64,000 nt of DNA from Macrostomum lignano (taxonomy: Eukaryota). Below are positions 34,845 through 49,333 of the stretch, one piece after another; position 1 is the stretch's first letter; each line of letters begins with the position of its first letter. Under the pieces are notes generated by a model that saw only the letters and a list, made by a program, of their open reading frames with translations, had not been told where the DNA came from and searched no databases. A program made the position numbers and the translations under genes. The stretch lies in assembly GCA_002269645.1 (NCBI GenBank), contig NIVC01000957.1, forward strand, positions 334,514 to 398,513. Reading direction: 5' to 3'.

Positions 34845-35145
34845 CCCCTCTTCTCTTCTCTCCCTCGCCTCCTCTCTTCTCTCCTTCCTCTCCTCTCTTC
34901 TCTTCTCTCCCTCGCCTCCTCTCTTCTCTCCTTCCTCTCCTCTCTTCTCTTCTCTCCCTCCCCTCCTCCCTCCTTCCTTCCCTCTGCTCTCTTCTCTCCT
35001 TCCCTCCTCTCTTCTCTCTCCCCTCCTCTCTTCTCCCTCCCCCCTCTCTTCTCTCCTTCCTCTCCTCTCTTTTCTCCCTCCCCCTCTCTTCTCTCCTTCC
35101 CTCCTCTCTATTCTCCCTCCCCTCCTCTCTTTTCTCCCCCTTCCC
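34845..35145. repeat. Polypyrimidine (CT-rich) low-complexity tract
   Basis: Almost exclusively C/T. Confidence 0.95.
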
Positions 35146-35840
35146 TTCGTTTACTTTCTGTCACATTACTACTTATCATTCTTAGCATTCTTGTCCTTTT
35201 TTCTCTTGTCTATTCTCCTCTCGACTGTCAGAGTTTTCTGTTGTGACCAAAAACTCTTATGGTAATCATATTTCTAACTTTTGTTTGTGAACTTTATATA
35301 CATGTATTCCGATAATTCTCCAAGTTAACTAGAATTTCGAGTTTCTTCCATTGATAAATCCCCAGGATATTGAGCAGTTTCTCATCTGCATCTGCTGTCG
35401 TTAGCCGAGGCCTTCATGCGCCAATGCAGCGCGCTTGCTGGACGATTTTGTCCACACTTGGCCGCGGCGGCTGCCTGTCTGGAAACCCGGTTCCCAGACA
35501 CGGCCGGGCGATCGGGAGGGGGGGTTCTGAGCTGTCTCAAGCGAGCTGCAGCCTCCGCCCGGATGCAGCCGCGTCTACTCGACTGTTTTTATGCCGAAGC
35601 TGCTCTCAGGAGAAAAAACTATATGATAATTCCCCTCGTGATGGCGCAAGCGCCTCGGAATTGCGCTGCTGAAATGGCTGGAGCTGGCGAGCTCGACCCG
35701 CTACTTATCCCCCCCCTACTTATCCCCCCCCCCCTACTTATCCCCCTGGGTCTGCGGCGCTTTCGGCTCCGGTTTCTGTCGATTCCTGAGCTCCGCTGCT
35801 TGCTCGGTGGCTGCACGCAGGCGCTATTGGGTCTCTGTGG

Positions 35841-36697
<857 letters not shown>

Positions 36698-37296
36698 TCA
36701 GTCTCTTTCTCGCCGTTCTGTAACTACAATCCATCTTATCCATCCGAGTTGTTCAGCCTCATAATTACAGCACCAACAACAAGCATCAAATCCTTTTGCA
36801 ACCCCAGCCTACAACCTATAATTACACCCTCAGCAACTCAAATGCCCCAAAACTCCTTCCAGAGCTTTCCTTTCACACTGCTTTAACACTGTCGCCCAGA
36901 CAGTTTGCGGAAGCCCTTTAGGCAGCTTCAAGCAGTCCCCAGTGCTCTCATGGGGCGCAGGAAGGGGTGTCTGTGGTTGCTGGGGGGGGGGGTCCTTAGC
37001 CTAAGCCGAGAGCTGAGCTAATGCAATTTTCTGGTACACAGCAGCGTCGAACGAGTCTCAGCAGCTCCAGCCTCCCTCCAGTGCTAATGGTGCCTCGAGG
37101 GGCTGCTGGGTTAATGCGCAGCTGGGAGAGCAGGTTTCTCAGCGCGTCAAAAGCGATTCTTGAGCCTCTCAGTCTCCATCCCTCTCTGCGCGAGCTCCAT
37201 CTCTATGAATAGACTATTTTCTATCGGCGTGATGAATGATGGAATAAAGGGAACCAAATATTTCTGTTTATATTGGTCTCACGGAGCCTGGGAGAA

Positions 37297-38615
37297 TAGC
37301 TCAAATATCTAGTCACTATTAGGTCAAATATCTACTCACTATCAGCTCAAATATCTAGTCACTATTATCTCATATATCTACTCACTATCAGCTAAAATAT
37401 CTAGTCACTATTATCTCAAATATCTACTCACTATCAGCTAAAATATCAAGTCACTATTATCTCAAATATCTACTCACTATTAGCTAAAATATCTAGTCAG
37501 TATTAGCTCAAATATCTACTCACTATTAGCTCAAATATCTAGTCAGTATTAGCTCAAATATCTACTCACTATTAGCTCAAATATCTAGTCAGTATTAGCT
37601 CAAATATCTACTCACTATTAGCTCAAATATCTAGTCACTATTATCTCAAATATCTACTCACTATCAGTTAAAATATCTAGTCACTTTTATCTCAAATATC
37701 TACTCACTATCAGCTAAAATATCAAGTCACTATTATCTCAAATATCTACTCACTATCAGCTAAAATATCTAGTCACTTTTATCTCAAATATCTACTCACT
37801 ATTAGCTAAAATATCTAGTCAGTATTAGCTCAAATATCTACTCACTATTAGCTAAAATATCTAGTCAGTATTAGCTCAAATATCTACTCACTATTAGCTA
37901 AAATATCTAGTCAGTATTAGCTCAAATATCTACTCACTATTAGCTCAAATATCTAGTCACTATTATCTCAAATATCTACTCACTATCAGTTAAAATATCT
38001 AGTCACTTTTATCTCAAATATCTACTCACTATCAGCTAAAATATCAAGTCACTATTATCTCAAATATCTACTCACTATCAGCTCAAATATCTAGTCACTA
38101 TTATCTCATATATCTACTCACTATCAGCTAAAATATCTAGTCACTATTATCTCAAATATCTACTCACTATCAGCTAAAATATCAAGTCACTTTTATCTCA
38201 AATATCTACTCACTATTAGCTAAAATATCTAGTCAGTATTAGCTCAAATATCTACTCACTATTAGCTCAAATATCTAGTCACTATTATCTCAAATATCTA
38301 CTCACTATCAGCTAAAATATCTAGTCACTTTTATATCAAATATCTACTCACTATTAGCTAAAATATCTAGTCAGTATTAGCTCAAATATCTACTCACTAT
38401 TAGCTCAAATATCTAGTCACTATTATCTCAAATATCTACTCACTATCAGCTAAAATATCAAGTCACTATTAGCTCAAATATCTACTCACTATCAGCTAAA
38501 ATATCAAGTCACTATTATCTCAAATATCTACTCACTATCAGCTCAAATATCTAGTCTCTATTATCTCAAATATCTACTCACTATCAGCTCAAATATCTAG
38601 TCTCTATTAGCTCAA
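37297..38615. repeat. 23-bp satellite with alternating CTAC/CTAG monomers (46-bp dimer) in the innexin intron
   Basis: Units ATATCTACTCACTATCAGCTAAA / ATATCTAGTCACTATTATCTCAA. Confidence 0.96.
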
Positions 38616-38670
38616 GGCACTCAAATAATGTAAAGTTAATTTACCCGTAAATAGCTTGGCAACTACTCAC

Positions 38671-38977
38671 AAATTGTTCTCTCTTTCTTCTTGCTCGAGT
38701 CCATTGTCAGCGTCTCGCCCATGGGCCAGTAGTACATGTTCTCAATCCAGCACAGGTTCTCAATGTACTCCATTCGTTGAGAGCCCTCGGTCTCCTTGAG
38801 CGTCCAGCACTGGATGGGTGTGAACAGGTACTGCTTGGTGGCGGATATTCCGGCAAAGAATATCAGAATGGTGGGCGTGATCATGTAGTTCAGGACGTCG
38901 ATGAAGTCCTCGGCCGCGGCGTACTGGCCGAAGCTCACCCGGAACTGGTTCACCTTCAGGAAGAAGTCGAAATTCAT
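38671..38977 (-). CDS. inx: Innexin, coding exon 1 (N-terminus, TM1, first extracellular loop); total 499 aa
   Basis: EDFIDVLNY, TKQYLFTPIQCW, YIENLCW; donor T|GTGAGT at 38670; 307+1193 = 1500 nt in frame; acceptor CCGCAG| 9 nt upstream of ATG. Confidence 0.95.
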
Positions 38978-39134
38978 GGCTGCCGCCTGCGGTGGGGAGG
39001 AGGGGCGTGACGCTTTGTTGCGGCTGTCTGATCACTCTGTCTATATAGCTGGTCACTCTGGTTATGTATCTGGTCACTCTGGTTGTGTATCTCGTCACTC
39101 TTGTTGTGTACTCTATTCATTCAATCCTACATTA

Positions 39135-39825
39135 TCTAGTCACTCTATCCTACAGTATCTAGTCACTCTATCCTACAGTATCTAGTCACTCTATCCTACA
39201 GTATCTAGTCACTCTGGTTGTGTATCTCGTCACTCTTGTTGTGTACTCTATTCATTCAATCCTACATTATCTAGTCACTCTATCCTACAGTATCTAGTCA
39301 CTCTATCCTACAGTATCTAGTCACTCTATCCTACAGTATCTAGTCACTCTATCCTACAGTATCTAGTCACTCTATCCTACAGTATCTAGTCACTCTATCC
39401 TACAGTATCTAGTCACTCTATCCTAAAGTATCTAGTCACTCTGGTTGTGTATCTCGTCACTCTTGTTGTGTACTCTATTCATTCAATCCTACATTATCTA
39501 GTCACTCTATCCTACAGTATCTAGTCACTCTATCCTACAGTATCTAGTCACTCTATCCTACAGTATCTAGTCACTCTATCCTACAGTATCTAGTCACTCT
39601 ATCCTACAGTGTCTAGTCACACTATCCTACAGTATCTAGTCACTCTATCCTACAGTAACTAGTCACTCTAACCTACAGTGTCTAGTCACTGTATCCTACA
39701 GTATCTAGTCACTCTATCCTACAGTATCTAGTCACTCTATTCTACCGTATCTAGTCTCTCTATCCTACAGTGTCTAGTCACTCTATCCTACAGTATCTAG
39801 TCACTATTCTACCGTATCTAGTCAC
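39135..39825. repeat. 23-bp satellite (TATCTAGTCACTCTATCCTACAG) upstream of the innexin ATG
   Basis: Visible periodicity; a longer variant block recurs three times. Confidence 0.95.
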
Positions 39826-40147
39826 TTTTTATATGAATTAAAATCCATTCTCAATCATTTAATGCGGAGCTAACTAATCCAAAATTAATCAAAAACATTA
39901 CTGCAAAACTACTACCTCGGAATAACTGTCTGTCTTTAAGATTTCCCCTAAACAGGTACAAAATCTGCAGCGTGCGCACAACTGCAGAGCCATATTTGGG
40001 CAGAGCAAACATGGGACAATGGGACCTGCAACTGCATCGCGTGTGTTTGACCGAGAATTGGGCTGCTATCAGATTTTAGCTGGAAGAAATTCTATAGATT
40101 TACAAATATATGCGGCATTTGCGTCAGTTGTTACCCTGGACTGGCCC

Positions 40148-40286
40148 GAACAAACCCAAAATATCATAAACCCGAAATATCACAAACCCGAAATATCATA
40201 ACTCCGAAAGTGTTGGCAACGCTTAACGCTATTTTGGTTTTCGGGTTTATGATATATCGGGTTTTGTGATATTTCGGGTTTGTGAT
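40148..40286. mobile_element. Small foldback element with ~16-bp subterminal repeats (AAACCCGAAATATCA) in opposite orientation on the two arms
   Basis: About three forward copies 40149-40200 and three inverted copies 40239-40286. Confidence 0.7.
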
Positions 40287-40295
40287 GGCGACCCG

Positions 40296-40492
40296 TTAGA
40301 GTGACTAGATATTGACAATTAGAGTGACTAGATATGGACAATCAGAGTGACTAAATATGAACAATTAGAGTGACTAGATATGGGCAGTTAGAGTGACTAG
40401 ATATGGACAGTTAGAGTGACTAGATATGGCAGTTAGAGTGACTAGATATGGACAGTTAGAGTGACTAGATATGGCAGTTAGAGTGACTAAAT
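40296..40492. repeat. 23-bp array inverted relative to the two upstream arrays (TTAGAGTGACTAGATATGGACAG)
   Basis: Reverse complement shares the TATCTAGTCACT core. Confidence 0.92.
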
Positions 40493-41504
40493 TTGTACAA
40501 AAAATGCAAGGATCTGTAATCCATATTACACCTTTAAAATATAAGTTGTTGTACATACATGTAAATCTGCATAGTTGGCCAGATTAACTGATAAAATTAT
40601 TTTAACTTCCCGAAATCGCTTTCAGAAGCTCTGATCCCGATTCATCACAGGATGGGGAGGCAGACCTAGGGAGCGTTGTCCCAAACCCAATTTTCCCAAA
40701 CAAAATACATCATTTGACATCCCATCAGTCTTCTGTCAAATTCATGCTTAGAAAAGTAATTTGCGCTACATATCGGCAATAGTAGACTTTCCGCGGACCA
40801 GACAGCATTCTCTCGAGAGCTCATATCTCTCGATCTTGATCCCGATGCATCACCGGGACTCGAGCAACAGCTGGAGAAAATTGCCCCCTCCCCCTCTCAG
40901 TTTCTCGGCAAAATGATGAAGCATCTCTGCGAGGATCGGCCTGTCCTCCCAGACTCCCGAACTCGCCGCCGAGCTGCTGACAGCTGCCGCCGACAAAAAA
41001 TGTGTAACTAACAGGGCCGGGGAGCGGAACTCCTGGGAGGCTGAGATAATCGATGCGGCCGAGCTTGGGGATAAGGGGAATTGGGAGGCTGTTTGCGACA
41101 CTTTCCGAGGGCCGGGAAAAACTTCGCTCCTGGAGGAGGCGAAGCCGCCAAAAACTGTGGAGCTTAAGTCGTCTGAGCAGCTGCCGGCCTGAGAAGCCGG
41201 CCGCTGGATCGGATAATCTCTGCCGAGATGAGGCCTCGAACCGCCGGGATCTCTTGAGAGACCGCCTGGAGGCCCGGGGGCAAGAAATTCGCCAGTTCTC
41301 TGTTGCCTGAGCTCTGCGATGCTCTGGGATAAATGGGGATGGAGAGGACTATTCTTCATCGGGAACTGCAGTCTCTCTCAGTCAGCGCATGAAGTTCAGT
41401 CTCTGACTTTCTCTGTAGCTTCTCCAGGACTCCAGGAAAAATTAACAAAGGAAAACAGCTGATAGATGCGATTTACAGGCGAGTTAAGGAGAGCCAAGGC
41501 GCTA

Positions 41505-41711
<207 letters not shown>

Positions 41712-42092
41712 TTAAGAGTCAGAGAAGAACAGACCAACCAAGGCAGTGCTCATTAATCCGTGGGCGCAGCGGATCTGCTTAACTCAGTGCTGAGACCCGC
41801 TGCAGATTGCGGCTAATTGCCACCGCTGCGGGCTTCTCCCACTGATAAATGGCCTGCCGATGCCCTGAGCATCCGCAGCTGTTAATGGCGACCCCAGACG
41901 GAACTGGGATCATTTGGTTGATAATAAATGACTCTAAAAAGTTTAGATTTAAAATAATAGCCCTCTTGTATACCCTAGATAATGTAATGCCGATTTAAGC
42001 AAACTACAAAGTTTGTAAAATTAAACCAACTCAGATTTTTGTTAAAATTGATAGATATTTTAAAAAACCGCTCTTTGCTGCACCAAGGAAAC

Positions 42093-42344
<252 letters not shown>

Positions 42345-43364
42345 CAAAGGACACAGGCAGATCAGTAGACAAGCTGTCTCAGCACCCCCTGCTTGACCTC
42401 TGCCGAATCCACTTTATACCCCTGTGGCCCCTTCAGCCAGCATGAAGCCGAGATTGGCAGCGGGCGGGCGTTGCAGCCGTTATGGCATGTCGCACAGTCA
42501 GGGAGGAACGGGCTCTGGCGGATGCTGGGGATGCCTCATCATTCCCTGGCCCTGTCACCCCGCGCGCACCGGCGGCAAAGCGGAAGCAACTTTCCTCGCC
42601 GCTGCCCTAAACATGAATCCCCCTTCACCAAGTTGTGGTGTTGCGCAGTTGTAAAATTTGTAATTTCAGTTCCGACTTTGGCGAGAGGCCGGGGACTGTC
42701 CGGCAGGTGCAAAAGTGGCCGAGTCTCTTACCTGAAGCCGAAGTGAAGCAGTTCAACTCGTTGGTGGCCGAAATGCCTGCGCGGCCCAGACGGTGTCCGA
42801 TCCGATGCTGCAGGGGGATTCTGAGCCTGTCCGAGTCTGTCTGTAAGCCGGCCGGCAGTGCAGATAAGGGCGGCCGAGTGGGGCAGGAGAAATATCTGGG
42901 GCTGGTCCGGGAGGCCGAGGGACAGACCGCCCTGGCTGAGCACACCGGATGCAGATAAGCAGAAGCAGCTGGAAGCTGCAGCTCGGGCTCAGATGGCTGC
43001 CCGTTGCAATTCGGCCGATGGGATTTCGGTAGGCCGAGGAGGGGAGTTCGAGTTCGAGGCCGCTGTTGTCGGGGCTGGGAGAAAAGCCCCGGACCAGCTG
43101 AAGTCGAGTAGCCTGGGGGGGGGGGGGCTGACAGCCTCTGACTGGCTGGTGCGCTCTGGAAGAGCGAGTGGGCCGATTTCTGGTTGGCTGGGCGCCCAGG
43201 TTCCCCTGCCATTGCAGTGCTGAGAGCTGGTTTAACATCACGGCTGGGCTGACAGGTGAAAACTAGATTTGTTAATTTGATTGTGTTTTGATGGAAATTT
43301 GACCTGTCCTCTCTCACAGCTCGCTGAAATTGCAGGATATTAAGTGCATCATCAACCATCCCTA

Positions 43365-44168
43365 AATACCCCATCCTCTAAATACCCCATCCCAAAAATA
43401 GCCCATCCCTAAATACCCCATCCCCGAAATACCCCATCCCTAAATACCCCATCCCCTAAATACCCCATCCCCTAAATACCCCATCCCCTAAATACCCATC
43501 CCCTAAATACCCCATCCCCTAAATACCCCATCCCCTAAATACCCCATCCCCGAAATACCTCATCCCCGAAATACCCCATCCCCGAAATACCCCATCTCCG
43601 AAATACCCCATCCCCTAAATACCCTATCCCCTAAATACCCTATCCCCTAAATACCCTATCCCCTAAATACCCTATCCCCTAAATACCCCATCCCCGAAAT
43701 ACCCCATCCCCGAAATACCCCATCCCGAAATACCCCATCCCCTAAATACCCCATCCCCTAAATACCCCATCCCCTAAATACCCCATCCCCGAAATACCTC
43801 ATCCCCGAAATACCCCATCCCCGAAATACCCCATCTCCGAAATACCCCATCCCGAAATACCCTATCCCCTAAATACCCCATCCCCGAAATACCCCATCTC
43901 CGAAATACCCCATCCCCGAAATACCCGATCCCCTAAATACCCCATCCCCAAAATACCCCATCTCCGAAATACCCCATCCCCGAAATACCCCATCTCCGAA
44001 ATACCCCATCCCCGAAATACCCCATCTCCGAAATACCCCATCCCCGAAATACCCCATCCCCGAAATGCCCCATCTCCGAAATACCCCATCTCCGAAATAC
44101 CCCATCTCCGAAATACCCCATCCCCGAAATACCCCATCCCGAAATACCCCATCCCCGAAATACCCAAT
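43365..44168. repeat. 16-17-bp tandem array (CCCCGAAATACCCCAT); G-quadruplex-prone on minus strand
   Basis: Minus strand GGGG-TATTTC-GGGG-AT repeated ~48 times. Confidence 0.95.
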
Positions 44169-44189
44169 CCATCCCGAAATACTCACAAC

Positions 44190-44460
44190 GAGCGTTGGCG
44201 GCAATTCTGCCCATTCCGCTGACTCCTGGGCGCATGCAAGCGCCCCAATACTTCTAATCGTCAGCCATGTACTCCCTCGGTGCCTTGAGAGTCGGTCCTC
44301 ACGGGTGTGAATTGCACTACAAGTGTACAACCCCAACCCCAATTTTCATGCACACAACCCAAATGAATTTTGCCGCTCACGGATTCGAACCAGGGACCTT
44401 GGGCGCCAAGAGTCAAACGCGTTTGCTGCAGAGCTGCTCTGCGCCCCCATGGCGAATCCA
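44190..44460 (-). mobile_element. Candidate tRNA(Lys-CTT)-derived SINE
   Basis: Minus strand TTTGACTCTTGGCGCCCAAGGTCCCTGGTTCGAATCC with B-box at 44381-44391, followed by ~190 bp of unique body. Confidence 0.5.
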
Positions 44461-44869
44461 TGGCGGCCACCTGTCAGTTAGGTGCACCGTGTGCCTCAAT
44501 AATCCAATTGTAAATAATGAATTACAGCCACTGTTGCGCAGACTGCTGCCTGGATGAGGCACAAAGCTGAGCAATATCCGGGATTTATCCGCATACTTGG
44601 CTGAATAATTTACACCCAGCGCTTCTGATGGAAAGCTTTGGAAAATTTCCAATATTTTGAGAGATAGAAGGCCCGAAGTCTCGAGGGACTCCCACGGACT
44701 GAGGCTTGGAGAGATAGTCGGGATGGAGATATCCAGCAGCCTCCAAGGTGTCTGCAGAGCTGCCAGCTGGTGAGCACTCCCGTGATTTCCGGTGGGATTT
44801 CGATTGGCATCGCCTTCTGCGCATTTCTTAGACTTCACTGCGTCTATTTCGCCTTGAATTGCATCCCTA

Positions 44870-45115
44870 CCGCTCTCATCTTCTCCGCTCTACTCTCCCT
44901 CCGCTCTCTGATCCGCCTTCTGATCCACTCTCCCTCCGCTCTCTAATCCGCTATCTCCTCCGCTCTCTCCTTCGCTCTCTGATTCGCTATCTCCTCCGCT
45001 CTCTGATCCGCTCTCTGATCCGCCCTCTGATCCACTCTCCCCTCCGCTCTATGATCCGCTATCTCTTCCGCTCTCTCCTCCGCTCTCTGATCCGCTCTCT
45101 GATCCGCAATCTCCT
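44870..45115. repeat. Degenerate 12-bp repeat (CCGCTCTCTGAT)
   Basis: Visible periodicity. Confidence 0.85.
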
Positions 45116-47044
45116 CACATGGCTTTTACCCAACCGCTCACAAGAACCAGCGCAGCTCTCACGCCCTTTTCCAGCCAAGCTGGTGGCCGCTTAAAGCCAG
45201 ACTGTTCCAAGCCAGAACGTTCGCCAAAATGCTTGGCTCGGTCCTGAACTGCGAAAAGACAACAATACAGCTCGATCTGTCATCAACAGCGTCCCCGTGT
45301 CCGCCCGGCCCCATTCTTGAAGACCAGAATGCTAGCAAGACAAAGCGAGACGCGTCGATTTCAAGACGACTTCGCCAAAGGCTGCCACCATGCAGCAGCG
45401 CCGGACCACTGATGACAAAGCGACTGTCTCGCCGTTTGGGGGTGGGGGGTTGTCGCGGCAATGCGGGAGAGAGCGGGGCTGCTGAGCGGAAGAGAATAGG
45501 GGGGGGGGGGTCAGGCATCAGGGGATGAATGAATTTCGAAAGTGGGAGGACCTTCTAAGTGATGGATGGATTGGAAATCGGAGAGAGGAGGGCCGAGGCC
45601 CGGGGCCATCTTAATAAAAGCAGAAGACCCCACTGCACTGGCAGCCTCACCCAGCACACCCCAGCATCCGCTCTTCATCCTCCTCCTGCTCCTCTACCCC
45701 CCCCCGTGAAGCTTTCCCAGTGCCGATGCCCGGGTTTGCATTTGATAAATATTAAATCTTGGGCTTGTCAGCTGGGCGCCCCGCCTCCCTCTGTTCCCCT
45801 CTCCCCCCCCCTGGTCTCTGGTGCCGGCAGCGCGCATTTTGGCATCCGGCCGGCGGTTCCCCGGCGAGAAGGAATGAAAGAAGAAAAAAGTCTGTTTGCC
45901 AGGACCGAATAGCCATGGACTATCAGAGCTCTAGTTGTCTGGATTGGAAACTTTTTTAAATCTGGAAGACATCAGCTAGTTTTACATGAAATTATGCTGG
46001 CAAGCTTTCCAAACCAGATTTCATAGTCCAGAGCTCCATGATGGCTTTCAGAAGCAGAAATGCGAAAGAAATTTAGACAAGCAGATTGAGCTACTGAAAT
46101 TTAGGCGAGCATCTGCCTGAAGATGACAGTTTGCTTGATACAAAAATGTTTCTTTCTCTGTAGGTTTCAGCAGCCTGTCATGGATCCCTATAAACTGCAG
46201 GGGGCATCAGGAAAAGTCAGCTGTTTCCAGTCTAATTTCTCAGCGTTAGGTAGTCCATGGCTCAGCCCGATATCTATAAGCATGCACAATATGGTCCAGT
46301 CTAATGCGGTCTCCAGTCCAGGTTCTCAGTTTTCAGTAGTCCACGGCTCAGTACGAGCAGTATAATTTCAATTTCCCGTGAGCCATATAATTTCTGTTTG
46401 CAGCTTCCTCTAGGGGCAAAAGAGATAAACAAGCGGCAGGCAAAACCAGGAGAGAACAACAGAAGAGCTGAGGGACTCCAGGCTGGCTTCAATTTTGCTT
46501 CTTTTTCTTACTTTCAACCTTGCCCGAATCTCATTTGCCTTTCCCATGCGCTGCTGCCAAGGGCTCGAGGCCCGAGCTGGACGCCAGGGAAGACAAGCAA
46601 GAGCAGGGCGGAGAGGATGAAGCACAGAGAAGCTGGGCCAGTTGGGCAGCGGGATGCAGAAGTCGATATCGAGTATCATGATGCGGCTCGGATCTCCGCC
46701 AGACCCTCCTCCCCAGCCTCTTCCATGTTGCTTGAATTAATGGAAGACAATTTTAATGGCATGGCCTGTGCGCTTCTTTGCATTTCGGCTTTTCCTCTGC
46801 GGTTCTTCTGCTGTTGCTTTTTCTGACTCCAAATTCTTGGCGAATTGCAATTTGTGCGCGAATTGAAGCGGGTCTGAGAGCGCAAAGAGGGGGAGGGGCG
46901 GGTAGCCTGGAGGACTGCGACTAGATGGAATAGGAGTGGGGCTGAGGTGGCGGGTTTTAGGTGAGATTTAGGGGGGAGCGCCAGGATCAGAGTGCAGGTA
47001 GAAGGGTGAACCGGGGGAGCATAAAGGCGAGAGATATCGATCTA

Positions 47045-47645
47045 GAGATAGAGAGAAGGGAGAGGGGGAGAAAATGAGAGGGAGACGTGGGAAGGAGGGA
47101 AGAGAGGGGGAGAGAAGGGGAGTCCTCAAACTCCAAGCACTGACGCGGTAGCGTCCGTTTGTTTGAGCAGAGAAAATGCCGATATTTTGAATATTTTGTA
47201 TTCTTCCTCAGGGCCAGTAAAAGGGAGAGTAGAAAATGGTATAGAGGGTGAGACAGGGAGAGGGAGAGGGGAGAGAGGGGGAGAGAGAGTGGAGAGAGAA
47301 AGGAGGGGAGAGAGGAGAGGGAGAGGGGAGAGAGGGGGAGAGAGAGTGGAGAGAGAAAGGAGGGAAGAGAGGAGAGGGAGGGAGAGGAGGGAGAGAGAGG
47401 AAGAGGGGAGAGGGAGATGGGAGAGAGAGGAGAGGGAGGTAGAGGGGAGAGGGAGAGAGAGGAGACGGGATAGGGAGAGAGAGAAAGGAGGGGAGAGTGG
47501 AGAGAGAGGAGAGGGAGGGAGAGGAGAGAGAGAGAGGGGGAGAGGGGAGAATGAGAGGGGAGAGAGAGACGGATAGTGGAGGTAGTGGGAGAGAGAAGGG
47601 TAAGGCAGGGAGATGGATGCAGGGATGCAGGGAGGGGAGAGAGAA
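47045..47645. repeat. Polypurine (GA-rich) low-complexity tract
   Basis: Almost exclusively G/A. Confidence 0.95.
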
Positions 47646-48609
47646 AGCGATAAAAGCAAGCGGCAATTGACAGGGCAGAAAACTAAAAGAGTACTGAGGG
47701 TGAGATGTAGGTGGAGAGACGCAGAGATAAGGAAGAAGGCAGCTCAGCAGCCACCCAGATCGGCTTCCTTATCAGCCAGAGGCTCCGCATCCGCCGCGGC
47801 CCAGAGGCCGACCTGCCTGATCCCCACAATCAATAAAATTGCATGGGCGGCAGGGGCGATGGCGGCCGGCCATCCATCAGCAGGCGCAGCTGCCAGTCAC
47901 GCAAACAAGCCGACCTGCGCGAGTTCGTGACAGCCGCAGCGGCCAGAGTTATTTTATGACCGTTTCCTTCAGGTAGCCGGAGCTGCCATGGATGATGGCG
48001 GCTTGCCAGCATCCGGGGGTCAGCTAGTTGTGGGGCTCGGAATACACTTGTAACTACGAGTATTTTACTGTGGGATTAACAGCATACTCGATAACTGTAT
48101 GATTAAACTCTGCTCCTGAGCACACACAGGCGCGCCAGTACTGTAGGCAGGCTCGTACTCGTACACTCGCTCACACAGGGTGTACAGGGACCTTGACTCT
48201 CTCATCGTAAGGCATGTACACTCTCTGTGCATCTTACGACAGCCCAGTGGCCAGTTTCCAGGGACCGTGGGTGCGAGAGTCAGATGCGTTCACTATCTGA
48301 GCCGCGCTCTGCCAAAGCAAGGCTGTCTCGCAAAATCGGTGTCCAGAGATTGCAGTCAGCTCTCTGCCAGACAGAAAGACGAGCAGCGGAATTCAGAAAA
48401 TGGCTTCCGTCTGTCAGAATCAATTCCTTCTGCCCAAAATGACTTTTTCTCTTTTATGTCGGACTTTCAGTGTCAACGCTGCAATGTTTGTCTTCTGTTT
48501 TGGGGCAGAAATTTCTAAATGGTTTGTTCCCAACTGGACTTTTAAGGCGCATGACGAAGCGAAGAGACAATGGTGGGAAACATTAAATAATGCCAAGATG
48601 GGAGAAGAA

Positions 48610-49333
48610 TTTTACATTGGATCTGGACTGGTGGCGCCAGTTCTACATTTGATATGGACTGGTGGCGCCAATTCTACATTTGATATGGAGTGATGGCGCC
48701 AGTTCTACATTGGATCTGGACTGGTGGCGCCAGTTCTACATTGGATCTGGACTGGTGGCGCCAGTTCTACATTGGATCTGGACTGCTGGCGCCAGTTCTA
48801 CATTTGATAGGGAGCGGTGGCGCCAGTTCTACATTGGATCTGGACTGGTGGCGCCAGTTCTACATTTGATATGGAGTGGTGGCGCCAGTTCTACATTTGA
48901 TATGGAGCGGTGGCGCCAGTTCTAAATTTGATATGGAGTGGTGGCGCCAGTTCTACATTGGATATGGAGCGGTGGCGCCAGTTCTACATTTGATATGGAG
49001 TGCTGGCGCCAGTTCTACATTGGATAATGGAGTGCTGGCGCCAGTTCTACATTTGATATGGAGTGGCGGCGCCAGTTCTACATTTGATATGGAGTGCTGG
49101 CGCCAGTTCTACATTTGATATGGAGTGCTGGCGCCAGTTCTACATTTGATATGGAGTGCTGGCGCCAGTTCTACATTGGATAATGGAGTGCTGGCGCCAG
49201 TTCTACATTTGATATGGAGTGGCGGCGCCAGTTCTACATTTGATATGGAGTGCTGGCGCCAGTTCTACATTTGATATGGAGCGGGGGCGCCAGTTCTACA
49301 TTGGATCTGGAGTGGCGGCGCCAGTTCTACATT
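48610..49333. repeat. 31-bp minisatellite, ~23 units, two interleaved variants
   Basis: TGGCGCCAGTTCTACATT(GGATCTGGACTGG / TGATATGGAGTGG). Confidence 0.95.

Noticed and set aside
42625-43374. 249-aa and overlapping ORFs in a GC-rich island
   Set aside because: No family motifs or consistent third-position bias; splicing to the innexin exon would be out of frame, so more likely promoter or UTR
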